Part shown: positions 28,501-43,500 of the stretch, piece by piece
Layout: the number at the start of each line of letters is the position of its first letter
How positions within the stretch are numbered: position 1 is the stretch's first letter
Origin: Octopus vulgaris
Lineage: Eukaryota
Direction of reading: 5' to 3'
DNA: 64,000 nucleotides
Assembly: GCA_951406725.2 (NCBI GenBank)
Contig: OX597817.1
Span: 61,690,001-61,754,000, forward strand
Made by a program: the position numbers and the translations under genes
Notes under the pieces: model-generated
Databases searched by the model: none
Told to the model about the DNA's origin: nothing
The model's input: only the letters and a program-made list of their open reading frames with translations

Positions 28501-31500
28501 GTTCGCATGCTCCAAGTTCTTTCTATTTAAAATTTTAAGGGATTGTATTTTTTTGTTTTCCTTCCTCTTTCTTGACTATCCTGGAATCAAATGGGTGTGA
28601 TGGGTTGATAAGTAAGCAACTTTGCTTTTCCTTATTTATAAGTCTGGTCTATTGTTTTCTAATTTCTTGTCCTCCATTTGAATAGGAAAGTCCCACAAAA
28701 TCTTCCATTTCTCCAACTCTAGGACTCTTTCAACTCGATGATTGTACCATGTGTTTCCAGCTTCAGATCTCCAATTTTGGTACAGTTTCCAGTGTAAAAC
28801 TGGTCATACCTCCATTCCTTATATTTTTCCTGTGCCAACTTGGGACATTCTGCCACTGTCTCATTCCAAGTTCCACAGCCTCTATATTTTTATGACACAT
28901 TCTCTCCATGTATATTTTTTCTCAAGTTGTTTTTTTTTATCGCTTATCTTGGAATGTTATGATTAGGCTATCTGTTTCTTATTTTAACCAAGCTCAGGAT
29001 TTTATTCCACATGTGTCTTAAGTGGGTCTCCAAAATTGGCCATGCACAGGTTTCTCTTTGATCTGTCTGATATGCTCTCTTTGTATTTCATTCTTGTCTT
29101 TTTCTCCTATTACGCGCTTCATCACCTGTTCTCTCTTAACTGTCTTCAGTAGTTTTTCTGTGCTGCTCTGTAAATACTCTACTAGACTTTCTCTTTCCAT
29201 CTGTACACATTCTTCTATTGCTATTAAGCGTCTTCCACCCTGGTCTCTCCCCAAGTACAGCTGGTTGATATCAGCTTTCGGATAGTGGGCTCCATACATT
29301 GTCAACAACTTCCTAGTTTTTCTGTCAAGTTTCTTTATATCATTTCTGGTCCAGTCTATAATTCCAACTCCATATCTGATTAAGGGTGCTGCTCTTGAAT
29401 TTATTGCTTCAATAAGATCTTTGGAATTCAGTTTTGACTGCAATAATTTTCTTACTCTCCTTGTGAACACCCTACTGGAAATTTCTTCATTTTCATCTTG
29501 TCTGCTTCCAGTATTCCCAAATACTCATACCACTGTCCTTTCTCAATTGCTCTCATTGTTTTGCCATTTCAATTTCCTGACTTCTTTCAAATCTTTCTTG
29601 TTTCATTTTCAATATAATGCACTTTTCTATCCCAAATTCCATATCTGTGTCATTTGAGAAAATGTGGATAGTATGTACAAGATTTTCAAGTTGTTTCTCC
29701 TTTTTCGCATAAACCTTTATATCATCCATGAAAAGGAGAGGATTTATCTGACCAACTTTGCAGCCATTCTTCTGACTCTTGACATTTTGAGCTGGAATCT
29801 TAGTGAAATCAACTTTGGAGGTTGTTAAATTAATAAATTGGAGCCAGTTAAGCACTGGGCTGGTCTCCTTGGCTGACTCCTTCCTCTAATATTGCTGGCC
29901 TTGTGCCAAAATTTGAAATTATTATTGTTTCATTTATAAAGCACCACTGTTGTTCTTATTTTTATTTTCACCCTCATTTTCTTTTTCAGGGAGGGGAAGC
30001 AAAAGTCGTTCCATCTGGCCCTGCAGGATTTGTGGCCCCACCACCGCCACCACCTCCACCACCACCACCACCAGCCATCGATATGTCAGTTTCCTCCAAA
30101 GATGGTGGTTCATCTGAAACCGACCGGGTGGCATTATTCAATGACATTAACAAAGGAACTGATATTACTAAAGGTGAGCAAGCACAGCCTTGGTATCTAT
30201 TTGTTGTCATGTGATGATGAATGTGTGTAGGATGTGGGGAGAGCCATTCATCATCATCATCATCGTTTAACGTCCGCTTTCCATGCTAGCATTGTGACAA
30301 TTGAAAATGGCATGGGTTAATTGAATAAATTCTTATATTTAATGAAATTAAAATAGTTTTAAATTTGTCTAACACCATAACAGAAGAAGAAAAACAATTT
30401 AGATGCCAACTCTATTCCTTCTTCTCATTAGTAAAGAGAATGGGAAAGGAAAAAAAAATGTCTAATACGTATATAAGTGTAGGTCCCAAGGTGGGAAAAA
30501 GTCAGTGAATTACCAATGCTGCACTCGACCCAACTCTTGACTGACTATCTACACTTTTGAATTGGAATCTTGAGAAAAATTGGAAAGTCCTCTGGTGCAG
30601 AAAAGCCTCCCTTCTGGCTATCTGGTACAGTTCCCTACGATCCCAACTCTTCCAGGCCTGTTTCTTTGCTCTAATGGTTTTGTCTACCATCTTATTCTAC
30701 CACCACGTTACTCTAGGTCTGGAAGGGACTTTGCACCATCTGCAGATTTGGTCTGTGGCAATCAGTAAGCTGTCCCGTAGGAATTTCCAGTTACCCTCTG
30801 TGTCTGAAGTCTGTAGCTCCTCTTCTCATCAATTTCTTGATGAAGATGTCCCTAAATCTCTGACCATGTGAAGGGTTCTTTAGCTTCCAAATCCTTCTTT
30901 TCTGGATTGGTCTGCTTCTTGGCATCCTTCTGGCCTCGAGTCTAAAGTCACTAATGACTAGTCTTTGCTGGTGGATACATTCTTCACCCAGGAGGGTCCT
31001 TGCATTTAAGAGCAAGTTTGCATCCCGCTGTCTGATGAGGACTCTGGCTAGCATAGTCACCTGATTGGTAGGTTAATCAGGTGGCTGTCTGGCTTCCTAA
31101 AGTTAGTGTTGCAGATTAAAAGGTTACATGCATCACAGAACTCCAGCAGAAAGGATTATTATTATCATTGTTCAAGCAAATTTCTTCTATATTATTAGCC
31201 ACACCTCTGTGTTGGTGGGGTCTGTGCGACATTGTGTCCTTTTTTATTGTTGGCGGTGTGCTAACTTTTTCCGGTATTGTTTTGCATCAGTTTCTTTTGT
31301 TATGGGATCTGGTGCAGTCTTTTGTTGTATTAGTGTTTGTATTGTGTTGTGTGTGCAATGTGTAGGGTATCTAGTCTGCTGGTGGTTGTTTATTTTATTG
31401 GATATTTGCTATATAGTGTCTTGTGTTTGTGGATTATTTTTCTTCGGGTCATATTATTAAATTGATAGTGTCTTGTGTGGGCTGTTCCTAGCAGGGATAT

Positions 31501-34500
31501 TTTTTGGATAGTGTGTAGTGTGAGGGTCCAGGTATCACTTCTATGTTTTTGTTCATGTTTCTTAACATGCCCAATTATTACTGGTATTGTTTTCACCTTC
31601 ATTCCCCACACCTTGAATACTTCAATTTTGAGGTCTTTGTTCTTTGACAAAAACAATTTCTCCACTTCTTTTTGGGCAATATTATTTTGCGGGCAGTGTG
31701 TTACTACCTGTAACCTAAGGCATCCACAAGTTTTCAGTTGTCTTTCAAGTGCTTAGAACCTTGTTTTTCATCATTTTGGGGGTCGATGAAATAAGTACCA
31801 GTTATGCATTGGGATTGATGTAATCCACTTGCCCCCTCCCTCAAAATTTCAGGCCTTGTGCCTTTAGTAGAAAGGATTATTATTATTATTGAAAATGGCA
31901 TGCTGGCAGTATGCTTAGCAACATATCATCTGTCCTAATGTTCTGGGTTCAAATTCCACTGAGGTCAACTTTGCCTTTCATCCTTTCAGGGTCAACAAAT
32001 TAAGTACCAGTGGAATACTGGGGCTGATGTAATCCACTAGTCCCCTGCCTCCAAATTTCAGGCCTTATTCCTTTTGTAGAGAGGATTATTTAAACATATT
32101 TTCATTACTCAGAGACAAAAGAAAAATAAAGCCAGTTACTTTAGTAAATTTTTCAATGTTTTAAGAATTAATTGAAACATTAGATTTCAAGAGAAATTTT
32201 CTTACAAAAGGATTGTTTTTGTGAGATGAATTGGAAAGAAAACAAACTAAAACAACAATGGGAAGCTACCTGCAGCTTGTGTTCGGGAGGGAAGTGCGGA
32301 GAAACAATTTTATTTCATATGTTTGTATGTGCTTTCTGTTCTTTTAAAAATAGAAATTATGTCTGAACCTAAACAAAGGACAGAGATGTGGGATGGAGAA
32401 ATCTTTGAAACTGTGTGTTGTTGTTTTTGCTTTAGCAGAGGAATATCAGATAATAAAAGTAAACACATTCTTTAGTTGTAGCCTGAGGTTGATTTTACTT
32501 GGAGAAATAACAGCATGGAGTCGGGTGACAGGTAGGGTCAGGTTGGATTGGATATCCAAAAATAAAAACAAACATGGTCCATAGATAAAAAGAAACTCGG
32601 TTCCAGATAATTGGTTTTGTTTTTCTTTTTCTGAGTAAAGAATCAAAATATTTGAATAATAATAATTCTTTCTACTTCAGTAAGTTGAAAATTTGGTGGG
32701 AAGGAGCTAATTTCATTGATCTCAGCAGAATTTGATCTCCAAACATAAAGAGCCGGAAGAAATACCGCTAAACATTGTTTCTGATATGCTAACAGTTCTA
32801 TCAGCTTGCCACCTTAATAATAATAATAATAATTGTCGCAAATCTTTGTACAAGACCAGTAATTTTTTCAGTTAGAGACCAGTCAATTCCATCAACCAAG
32901 TACATGAGTGTCGTTCATCCTTTTGGGGTCAATGAAATAAAAGTGCCAAAGTCAACCTTGGCAGGATTTGAACTCTGAATGTAAAGAGCTGAAAGAAATG
33001 CTGCTAAACATTTTTTATGATGCTCTTCTGATTCTGACAGCCGACCATGCTATTAACAATAAGGATGAAGGGACAAAAGAGTTTACTTTGTTGATGAAAA
33101 ACCTGATTCCCACTGCAGGCTTCTAAGGCCAAAGTTGATCCTCATTTTCAGATCATAGAAGTCACCAAGTGCACAATATCCTTTCCTGAACAGGGTCCCA
33201 TCCCGGCCAGGTTAACTTTGATACTCAGCCATATGAAATGAAGTGCCTTGCTCAAGGACACACTGCCCAATCTGAGAGATTAAACCTTTGACCTAATATA
33301 TTATAGTTGCGAAACAAAAACTGTCCCTACCAATTGCCAGGAATGGGTTTACTATGAGAATTTGTCTCCCCAGTAGTGTTACACTGCTGAGGCGCTTTAA
33401 GCAATGTCTTTGCAGATAGTTAATGGGTTGTGGTGCTGAAGAAGGAGCCAGAACACCTGAGACATGCATAGATACCCAATATCTATTTTTCCCATCTTCA
33501 ATCACATTGTTTACATTAGATGTATTTGTGTACGAAACATAACTTTCAGTGCTGGCTCTAATTTCTCAAGAGATTGTATTGCACACAAAAGTAGGGCCCA
33601 GTACAAGTCGGGAGTTGATTTTTGTTTCTTTCATTAAAATAACACTCACCATGGCTGAACAGTTGAGAAGCTTTCTTCACAATCACAATGTCTCAGGTTC
33701 AATTGTAGTACATGACATTTTAGGTGTGTGTGTGGGGGGGGGCTGTCCCTTTCCTCTCTATTTTGTTAGCCTCATGTCGACCCAAGCTTGGGTGGTGAAA
33801 TTGTGTGAAACTATGAAAGCTCATGTCTTGTACCTGTAATTTAAAGATTCAACCAGAGAATTTAGTAAAAGGAACATGTCTGTGGAATACTCAACCACTT
33901 CCATGCTAGTTCAGTGAGCAGACATTTCAGTTGATTTGATGACTGAGAAAGAGAAAATAGGTAATGTTAATTAAAGGGTTTAATTATTTCACTGTTTGGT
34001 TAGTTTTTCACCGAGAATCAACGAGGTATTTGGGACTAAGCAACCCAACATCGGGAAAGACTGAAGATGATGCTTACAGACTTTCCAACACAAAAGTGTG
34101 TGCAATTCTATTGTTGTTTAATTTAAACCAGTTAAAACCAGCCAGATCTGGTCTCGCATACCCACCCTGCAAGGTCACCCTAAAATAAATCACATCATTG
34201 AAATATTGAAGCTACAAGATAAAGCATAATTCAAAACAATGTGAATAAATAAGGATTATATTGGACAGAGTCATCTGAAGAATGTTGAACGGTTGATATC
34301 TGTAGTTTGTTGAGTAAATATTGGCTGAGAGGACTTCTTCTAGTAGGTTTCAATTCTGAAGAAAGGTTTGTTGGGGAATGTGTGGGTAAGGTTGATGTCG
34401 GATGATAGAGGAAAGGCATGTGCTATATGTTAGTACAAGAAAGTTAATATATTGGGTCATCCCATAAATAATGCAGTTTTTTTATACTTTTATTTTTCAA

Positions 34501-37500
34501 AATTAAGATAAAGCTCTTTTTTAATCTAAAATGTAATCTTCTTCATTTTCTACAATGCTCTTCCATCTGTCTGGTAGACTTGCAAGGCCCCTCCCCCAAA
34601 ATTCACTTGTCCATGATGAAAAATACTCCTCCAATACTGTTCTGGCCTCGTCTACAGGATTCATATTTTTTCTGTCCAAATGATTTTGAAGACTGCAGAA
34701 TAAATGATAATCAGATGGGACAACGTCCAGCGAATATGGTGGTTGGGGCATCATTTTCCATTCAAACTGCTCCAACCTTTGTAATGTCATCTTCGCTGTA
34801 TGTGGTCAAGCATTACCCTGATGGAAGAACACTTTAGGCCTTGGAACCAAAGATGGTCATTTCTTTTCTAGTGCTGTCTTAAACCACTCAATCTGCTCGC
34901 AGTAGATCTCTTTTGTTATCATTTGGTTTGGGTTTAAAAGTTGATGGGATTTTGTTCCACTAGGGTTTGCAGGATGTCCTCGTCAAGCTCTACAGATCTT
35001 CCAGGATGAGGCTCGTCTTCTAGGCTGTAGTTTCCAGCTCAGAATTTCTGGAACCACCATTGGCACTAGCTAATGCTTATTGACTGATCCCCATATACTG
35101 CATTAATATTCCTCGCACTTTCTGTTGCATTGTTGCCTTTATTGAACTCATAAAGCAAAGTATGCCAAATATGCTCCTTTGTCACTTCCATTATAGCTTT
35201 GAAAAAATAATTGTTAAATCAAACTGTACTCTTCAATACTTGCACTAAGAATAAGACCAAGGCAATTACTTCCTGCTATCGAAAAAAACGCATCATTTAA
35301 GGGATGGCCCAATAATTTTCTTTATTGAAAGATTTTATGGAAATATGTCATGGTATCTATGGCAGAATTTGAAGAGTGACAAACTAAGTGATTTGTGATA
35401 CTTAGTTAGGTGTTGAGTTCAAATTTCACTGAAGTCAACTTTAATTTATCATTCCAGATTTAAAAAAATACAAATGCTTGCATCCTTGGTGCTCCTCCCC
35501 CACGCCTCCTAGGCTTATTACTTTTTGGACTGGCACTAGCTGAGGGCTGCAATGTATTTTTCAAATAGATTCTTCTACCTAGGGTTCAAATATATTCGTA
35601 GTTAACCTATCTGATGGATGATGCCGTTTGATAATTTAAAAAAAAAATATTTTCATATCGAAAGAAACCTCTCCCTGCCAAGCTGTTACTCTCTCCCCAA
35701 TGGGAGTTTACAACTCATATGTTATGGACATGTGAAAAGAATGTTGAAAGAAATAATTGCAAGCTGAACCAACCAGGTGAAGAGCTTGGGGTAAACCAAG
35801 AATGAGATGGTCAGATAAATATCCTTAGTCTCAGTTGGCTGCTCTTGGGAATCCAGCTTGAAAGAGTAACAAGAACTGCTTATGATAGGACCCTGTGAAA
35901 GAGGTACTTGAGGACTCTACTGCCACTCTCTTAGGAATAGGATGCAAAAAATGGATGGATACCAATAATCTACATGCATACTTCCTCTATAAATTTGTAG
36001 CTTTATGGCCGTATAAGAAATAGATATACAAAATGGAAGAATTAGTAGAAACAGAAGCGCTTTACATAAAAGAATCTGCTGTCTTTCGTCTCATCTGTCA
36101 TGTCAACGCAACCTTTCTCTGCCCCACTCCCCCAGCATGCTCTCTCATATAATTTTAACTTTGCTTCTCTTTTAGGTCTAAAGAAAGTTACTGATGACCA
36201 GAAGACCCACAAAAACCCAGCCTTACGTAAGGATGGAGGATGCCCCGTGAAATCACCTACCAACGCCAACACTAAGAAAACTCCTTCCTATGGTGGCAAT
36301 GCTCCAGTGACAAATGTTCCTCTCATAGAACTGCAGGACAAGAAATGGATCATCGTAAGTAAACCCACTTGGCTTGACTTTTTAACTTTGTTTCTAATCG
36401 ATGTGTGTGGTGGAGAGGTAAGCGGATTGATGGTCAGACAAGCAGTCCATCTCCCAACAGTGGTACTCTTCTGCATTTTTGACCCAAACATAAAAGTCCA
36501 CCTCATATTAGAGAATAGGGTTGCTCATTGTTGTTAGTGATGAGTGAGTGATTAGCTTCAGTTCCTTGCATTAGAAAAGCTACTTCAGGAGGAAATCTAC
36601 TTCTCTTCTAATGAACAGTATAGAAATAAAAGCTCTGGCCAGACGAAACCTTGTGATTTGCGAAAAGGAAAGAATTTCCTTCTTTATTTGATCCAACTCT
36701 TTAAATTTCTTTCATCCAGTTTCTGATGCTGGCATGCGTTGCTTAACCCTTTCGTTACTATATTTCTGACCAAAATACACCCCTCATGAGTTTCAATTAA
36801 ATTCTAAAATAATCATGAATCTAGGCTTGTTTCATTAAATAACTGTAACTTTTTTTACTTATCAACATATTAATGTGATATTTGGAACATAATTAAAGAA
36901 AGGGTTCTTAATCAATTCTATTGCATAACTTTTGTCTCAAAGTGACTTTAATTACAGGTAAATCCAGGTAAATTGAGCAAAAGGTAAAAATATAAAAATT
37001 TTGTTTCAACATCACCATAGAAAATGAATCATTAGCTAATATTCAAATGGGTATGCAACAAAATTTTGATAAAGAAGAATTGTGCACATCACTATATCAT
37101 CAGTTGAATTTAATGCACAACAGGTGTACCATAAAGGTGGAATAAACTGAAATATTGGAATCCACCGTAAATTTGACCGAACTAAAGAAATCAGTCAAAA
37201 AATAATATACGGCCCTGGTTATGGTATGGAAGTGATAAATTCCAGACCACATCGTTCCCTAGGCCATGCTGACTAACATTATTTTTCCTGTATAAAAACT
37301 AAATCCACGCAGTACCCAGTATTTGCTTCACAAATTTTCCGAAATTTGAACCCCCATTTTGTGTTTGTTTACATTCTGAGTAAGTTTGTTTCCGCATTGA
37401 TCGCTTCAAACAATAACTTCCAGACCACATCATACCCTAAGCCATGCTGACTAACATTAGTTTCCCTGTATAAAAACTAAATCCACAACAGTACCCAGTA

Positions 37501-40500
37501 TTTGTTTCACAAATTTTCCGATTCGGAATCAATGCTTGATAACATGAAACTGTTTACAAAGCATAATCACGTGTTTTCACGAATGTACTAAAGAGATTTG
37601 CTCTGATATCCTCATTTAAATATGAATAGGTAAATTCTGGCGGGTTTGGGCGGTTTGGTCACATTAACCAAAATTTCTTTCGGGTGGCTTTGGGCGGTTT
37701 GGTAACGAAAGGGTTAAAACTTCTTCAAGCCCTTTTTCTGACCAGATTCCTTTCTAGTCTTTCAAGTAAAGAATTTATCCCATGTCTTTGCATTTTGGAC
37801 GGGTATTGAATGTTTTGATTGACAGACGTGACAGTGACCATCACCACTGAAGCAGTAGCAACACACAGGCTTCTATGCAGTTTCTCTCTACCAATTTCAT
37901 CCACAAGACATGTTGGTCAACCCATACATGAGTGAGAGAGAGAGAGATATGTTTATAAAGGTTTTGCCACTGGTTCTCTTTCCTCTGCTGCCTCACCTGA
38001 TGATCCCTTTTCTTGCCTTCCAGGAATACCAAAACAACAACCAAGGCATCCAGTTAACAGACACCAGCATGAAGCAAACTGTTTACATCTACAAGTGTCG
38101 GAATTCAGTTGTCAAAGTAACTGGCAAAGTTAATTCTATTGTTGTAGGTAAGTGTATCATCCTGATATCTTCTGTTCCATGCTTGCATTACTTCAAAAAG
38201 CCATCTAATCTTCCTGTTGCCAATCCTCACCACTTTCCAATTAAGGTACTCGTTTTCATCTTTTATATTATATTTCAGTCATTAGAGGTCATGCTAGGGC
38301 ACCGCCTTGAAGAATCTTAATTAAACAAATACTTATTTTTTTTAAAGCCTAGTGCTTATTCTATAGACAACACACACACACAGAGGCTTCTTGCAGTTTC
38401 CATCTACCAAACCCACTCACAAGGCTTTGTTCATCCCAAGGCTATAGTAGAAGACACTCGTCCAAGCTGCCATGCAATGGGATTGAACCTAGGGAAGCAA
38501 ACTTCCTACCATGCAGCCACACCTGAGCAAATTTTACTATAACCAGCAGTCCTGCTTGTTGCCTCTCCTCTTTCCACGCAAAGTATTATGTTAAAGTAGA
38601 TTTGTCTTCAGTTTGTTGGCCTCTCTCCTCAGCCACCTACTTAATCTATCTTTGTCAAAACTAGCATATACTTACTTAGACTGAGATTCTCCCATGCTGC
38701 AAACTCTTTCCTGTTTGGTCAATTTACTGCAATCCTTCCCGTTCCTATCCAACTTGTATTCTTATTGCATTCTGAGGTCTTCTTTGAATATCTGGCATCA
38801 GCTGTTCTTCGCCTGACCCTCTTCCCATTCTGTCAGTGCCCCCATCATTTCATGCCAAATAGCTGGCAAGTGCAGAATATTTGTTGGTTATTGAACAGAT
38901 ATAGTGCTGTGTGGAATGCCTTCTCGTATCATTTGTAGATGACGGGAAGTTGAGTACCAATATCCAAGTTCTGTTGTACCACAGTGACCCTCTGCCCCCA
39001 CCCCCACCCCCACACACTTTCGAGGAGATCATCATCAGTGTAACTTGCTACATTACCGTTATGCGCAGGTAATAATGTGTAGCAAGGGAGATAACCCCAC
39101 TGTCTAAAAAAACCCACCACAGTGCATCTCAGACTACAACATTGTCTGGGATTTGCTTCACAGAACTGTTTCTTCATTTATAACACAATGTAACACATGT
39201 TTTGTTTATTTGTATTTTTTTATGTTCAAAAATCACATTCATTTTGACGTAACATCGATAGTTATTTATTTATTCCTAATTTCATATTTGCTCGTTATAT
39301 TTGTAACTTTTCTCTACAGCACTTTGTTGGTTCAATCTATTCTAGTATTGTAAGGATAATTACACAACATTTAGTACTTTTTCATATATTGAAAGGTATA
39401 TAGGAAGTATAATATTAGTTAGAACAAAAAGAAGCAATAAAACTCTGCACTGTAAATGCTTTGATAGCTCTTTTCTTAAGATGAGAAGTGCTTTGACGAT
39501 CGAAATTTTCTTCATCTCTTCTGACTAGAGACCATATATAATCTCCCATCATAGCAGTATCCCATGTCCTTGCTATTTTCTTTCCATAGCTGCGACGTCC
39601 TAATGAAATCTCTCACCATGATCCTCACTTCATGGCATTTCCAGTACACAGATGTCTTGCAGTCTTCCCCCAGTAGATTCCATTCTCTCAACCTTCATGA
39701 AAGTTCAGCTCCTGACTTAGTAAGACCCAGATCCCTGATTAAATCATCTAGCTCACTCTGATTTGGAAAGTGAGGCTCTGAAGTCGTTCATGGTATGAAA
39801 GCTTCCTCCATTTCTTGGCTGCTGCTACTTGTTGACTCTTCAGATGAAATATTTTCTGGTGGTAGTGATACTTGTAAACTGTCATCATGTGGGACAGGTG
39901 CTCTAGATGGTGGTATATCTGGATACTGAAGATCTTGTCTTCCTTTCACTTTTCTGTACTTTGTCACATCGATCATACAAAAGTAGCAGTCATTGTGATG
40001 GTTCTTTGGCTCTCTCCATACCCTTGGAATGGCAAAAGGCATTGACCTTCCTGTACCTCTTAACCATCCTTCTAGAGTAGATCGACAGCTTCCACATATC
40101 ACATGTAGGGCCCATGTTTTGTCCTGGTCACCCATGGGCATTCCAAAATAGAATCTGTACGCTATCCACAGTTTAGCACCTTTCACGATCTTATGTAATA
40201 CCTGCTTTTTTCCAATATAATAACCACACACATAGCAAAATGTATCTGGAGAATTTTTACATATTCTAGTAGCTATCCTGAAAGTAGCACAACTTAGTAA
40301 TTGGTCTGAAAGAGAAAATTAGACATACATTTAGCAGCGGAACATTATAACAATACCGAATACATAATAACATTGAAAGTCGACATATTTTCTTAACTGT
40401 TGATGATACACAAAAAATAATTTCATTTTTAGAATCAGCAGAAAAAATGGATTGATATACAATAAACAAAATTTTTTTTGAAAATTGTTACGTTGTGTAA

Positions 40501-43500
40501 TTAGTCCAATGACTTCCTTATATATAGATACACCCACTTTTCCATGTTCATATGAGTGGGGTGGAATTTTTTAAAGCAGATTTTCTATGGCCAGATACTT
40601 TGCTGTCACTAACCTTCTCTTTCCAGGGAAGGTAATATTTCCCCATGGATGGAGACCACTTATATCTTAGTGACACTCATTTACAACCATCACATGATAT
40701 CAAGGCAAGAAGACAGTAAGACACCCATGCTTGACAAGCTTCTTTCAGTTTCCACCTACTAAACACACTGTCAAGGCTTTGGTCAGCCGCAGAGATATTG
40801 TAGAAGCCACTTTGCCTATGGAACTGAGTCTGAAACTATGGAGTTGGGAAGCAAGATTCTTACCATACAGCTATGCTTTTTACTTGTGTGTGTGTAGATA
40901 CAGGAAGCCAAATGTCCCATGAGGTGGTGATGAACATGCCATGAACAAATGTCATAAGCTGATCTTTGTAGGCCTGCCTTTGGTTGGCCCAAGGCTGTAA
41001 TAGACAAGTTTTGCCTCACAGTAAGATGGAACCCAAAACCAGCTCTGTATCCACACAGTCATGCCTGCATGTGATTGTGATAATAATTGAGACAATCGTT
41101 ATGATTGATGTTATTTAGCCAAAAATCAGGTTTGTTCAAGCAGACCTATGACCAAGGATGTTCCAGCCATGACCAACCTCTCTTTGTGGTTTATTTACAA
41201 AGCAAATCAAAAGCCAAAACAATAGAAGTCCAATGGAGGTTCACTCAATGGAGTATCGAGTTGATACTCAGAGAATGGATAATGTTTTGGGCAGAATCTT
41301 TCATCAGATTATTCAATGTGCAAAGAGGGTGTGGTGTTATTTCTAGTCAGTGGAACAGTCATGTGACCTTTGATTATGACATTATTGATTTTTGATGATA
41401 TATTTCTTTGACCTTTTCATAACTCTCATCTCTCTCATCTCTCTTCAGATAACAGCACAAAATGTGGAATTGTCTTTGACGATGTCATTTCTTCCATTGA
41501 ATTTATCAACTGTTCAAGTGTTCAATCACAGGTGAGCTTAGACTTGGATTATAGAATTATCAATGAAGAACTTAAATTAAGAGACATTTTTTCCAAATCT
41601 AAAAGTCTTTCTATACAATATTATTTGTCAATAGCAAAAATAACTGATCTTCTAATTACTATGTTCTGAACATATTGAAAATTGTCCTATTAATGCAAGT
41701 CCTCTTTTGTAATCCTAGGATTTTCACCATCTCTCTTTCATTTATAGTTTTTTTTTTATTATTATTTTGTTTCAATTTTTAATTATTTTACGTTTACAGA
41801 AACTGTTTTAGTTACCATTGTTTTCAAAGAATGGTAGTAGCATTCCCAGTAATCTCTGTTTGGAGAGGACTATAGTTAAAAAATTTCTAGTTGAACTCTT
41901 AGAAACAGATCTAATACCCCAAATGTTTGATATGACCACCAGCTGCAAGCATTCAGGCCAAATCTCAAATTTAAGGCCACCTCCCTTCTATCAGTCTTGT
42001 AAGCCTTGTTAAATGGGCCGAGGGGCACTGTCTTCTCGCCTGAATAAAAAGTGTTGTTTTCTAAACTTTATATCTTAAATATCATCCAATCCTCATTGGA
42101 AAGTCTTTAGAGTTTGTTGTTGCTGGTTTGATTATTAAATTGAGCAAGTTGAATAAATCTTTCTGTTAATTTGTAGGTAGGAACTAAATTCATTTTGTCT
42201 AGTTGATGACTTGGTATATCTCTATCAATTACTCTATCAGTGCTTGGCTTGAGAGATGGATGGTGGCCAACTTACTGGTAATGGAAGAATTGGTGACGCG
42301 CATCCTCGATGATGGTGATGCTGTTGACATCGTTTTATTGGACTTTGCCAAAGCTTTTGACTCGGTAAACCACCGCCTATTACTTGTCAAGCTTCAAGCA
42401 TATAGTTTCCATCCAGATATTGTATGATGGGTTGGTGCCTTCCTCTCAGATCGCTCCTTCCAAGTCCAAGTTAATGGTTCGCTGTCTGATGTCTCCAGTG
42501 CGAGCAGTAGCGTGCCTCAAGGTTCAGTGCTTGGGCCCTTTTTTTTTAAGGTGTAAAAGCATCTGACCAAATGATTTGCAGTATTTATTCCAACTTTTTA
42601 TGGTTTGAGTTCAAATCCTGTCATGGCCTGCTTGAAGGTTAAACTATGTTTATCACCTCTACCTGGCATCTCAGGTGTGATTACCAGAATTCACTTTACA
42701 ACCAACAATCAAGCTAGGTCTCTAATTTGAAAATATCTTCCTCCCTCCCTTTGGAAACCCTGTAAAGGGCTATAGCTGCTGTCTTCCCCCTTGATTAAAA
42801 AAAAATGTCATTTGCTACTTCAAGAGGTTCTTATTGCTTATTCATTGATGTTTTTTTTTCCTCCATCCTTCCAACAGGTGACTGGCAAAGTTCCAACAGT
42901 GAGTATTGAGAAAACAGATGGATGCATGGTCTACCTTAGCCCTAAATCTTTGGACACAGAGATCATCACTGCTAAATCTTCAGAGGTCAATGTTCTTGTC
43001 CCAACAGCCGATGGAGATTACGTATGTACTCAACCGCTTCTTCATTTAACTTTGTTTCATGTAACATACCTTCTACTTGCTGCAGCCATGCTTTGAACGG
43101 TTTTGACATCAGTACTTCTTTTCAAGTTTGGTACCACCTATTTTATTGGTCTCTTTTACCGAACTGCTGTGTTATGGGGTTGTAGAGCAGACAGACACTG
43201 GCCGTCAAGTAGTGGAGGAAGGGCAAACACACACATAGATCTGTCACACAGTGGGACTGAACCTGAAATCAGATGGTTGCAAAGCAAGCTTCTTAACCAC
43301 ACAGCCATGCCAGTGCCTATGTTTAACAAGCGGAAGTTAAAGTCTGTCTCAGTCCTGTATGTCTGTTAGGCTGAAGCTTATCCTGTCTGTCGATGCGGTG
43401 CTGGCTACGGCCACGTTCGGACGGTTCTCTTATGTGCCACCGGCACTGGTACCACAACTACAAATTCCATTGATGTTGATCGATTTGGATTTTGATTTGA

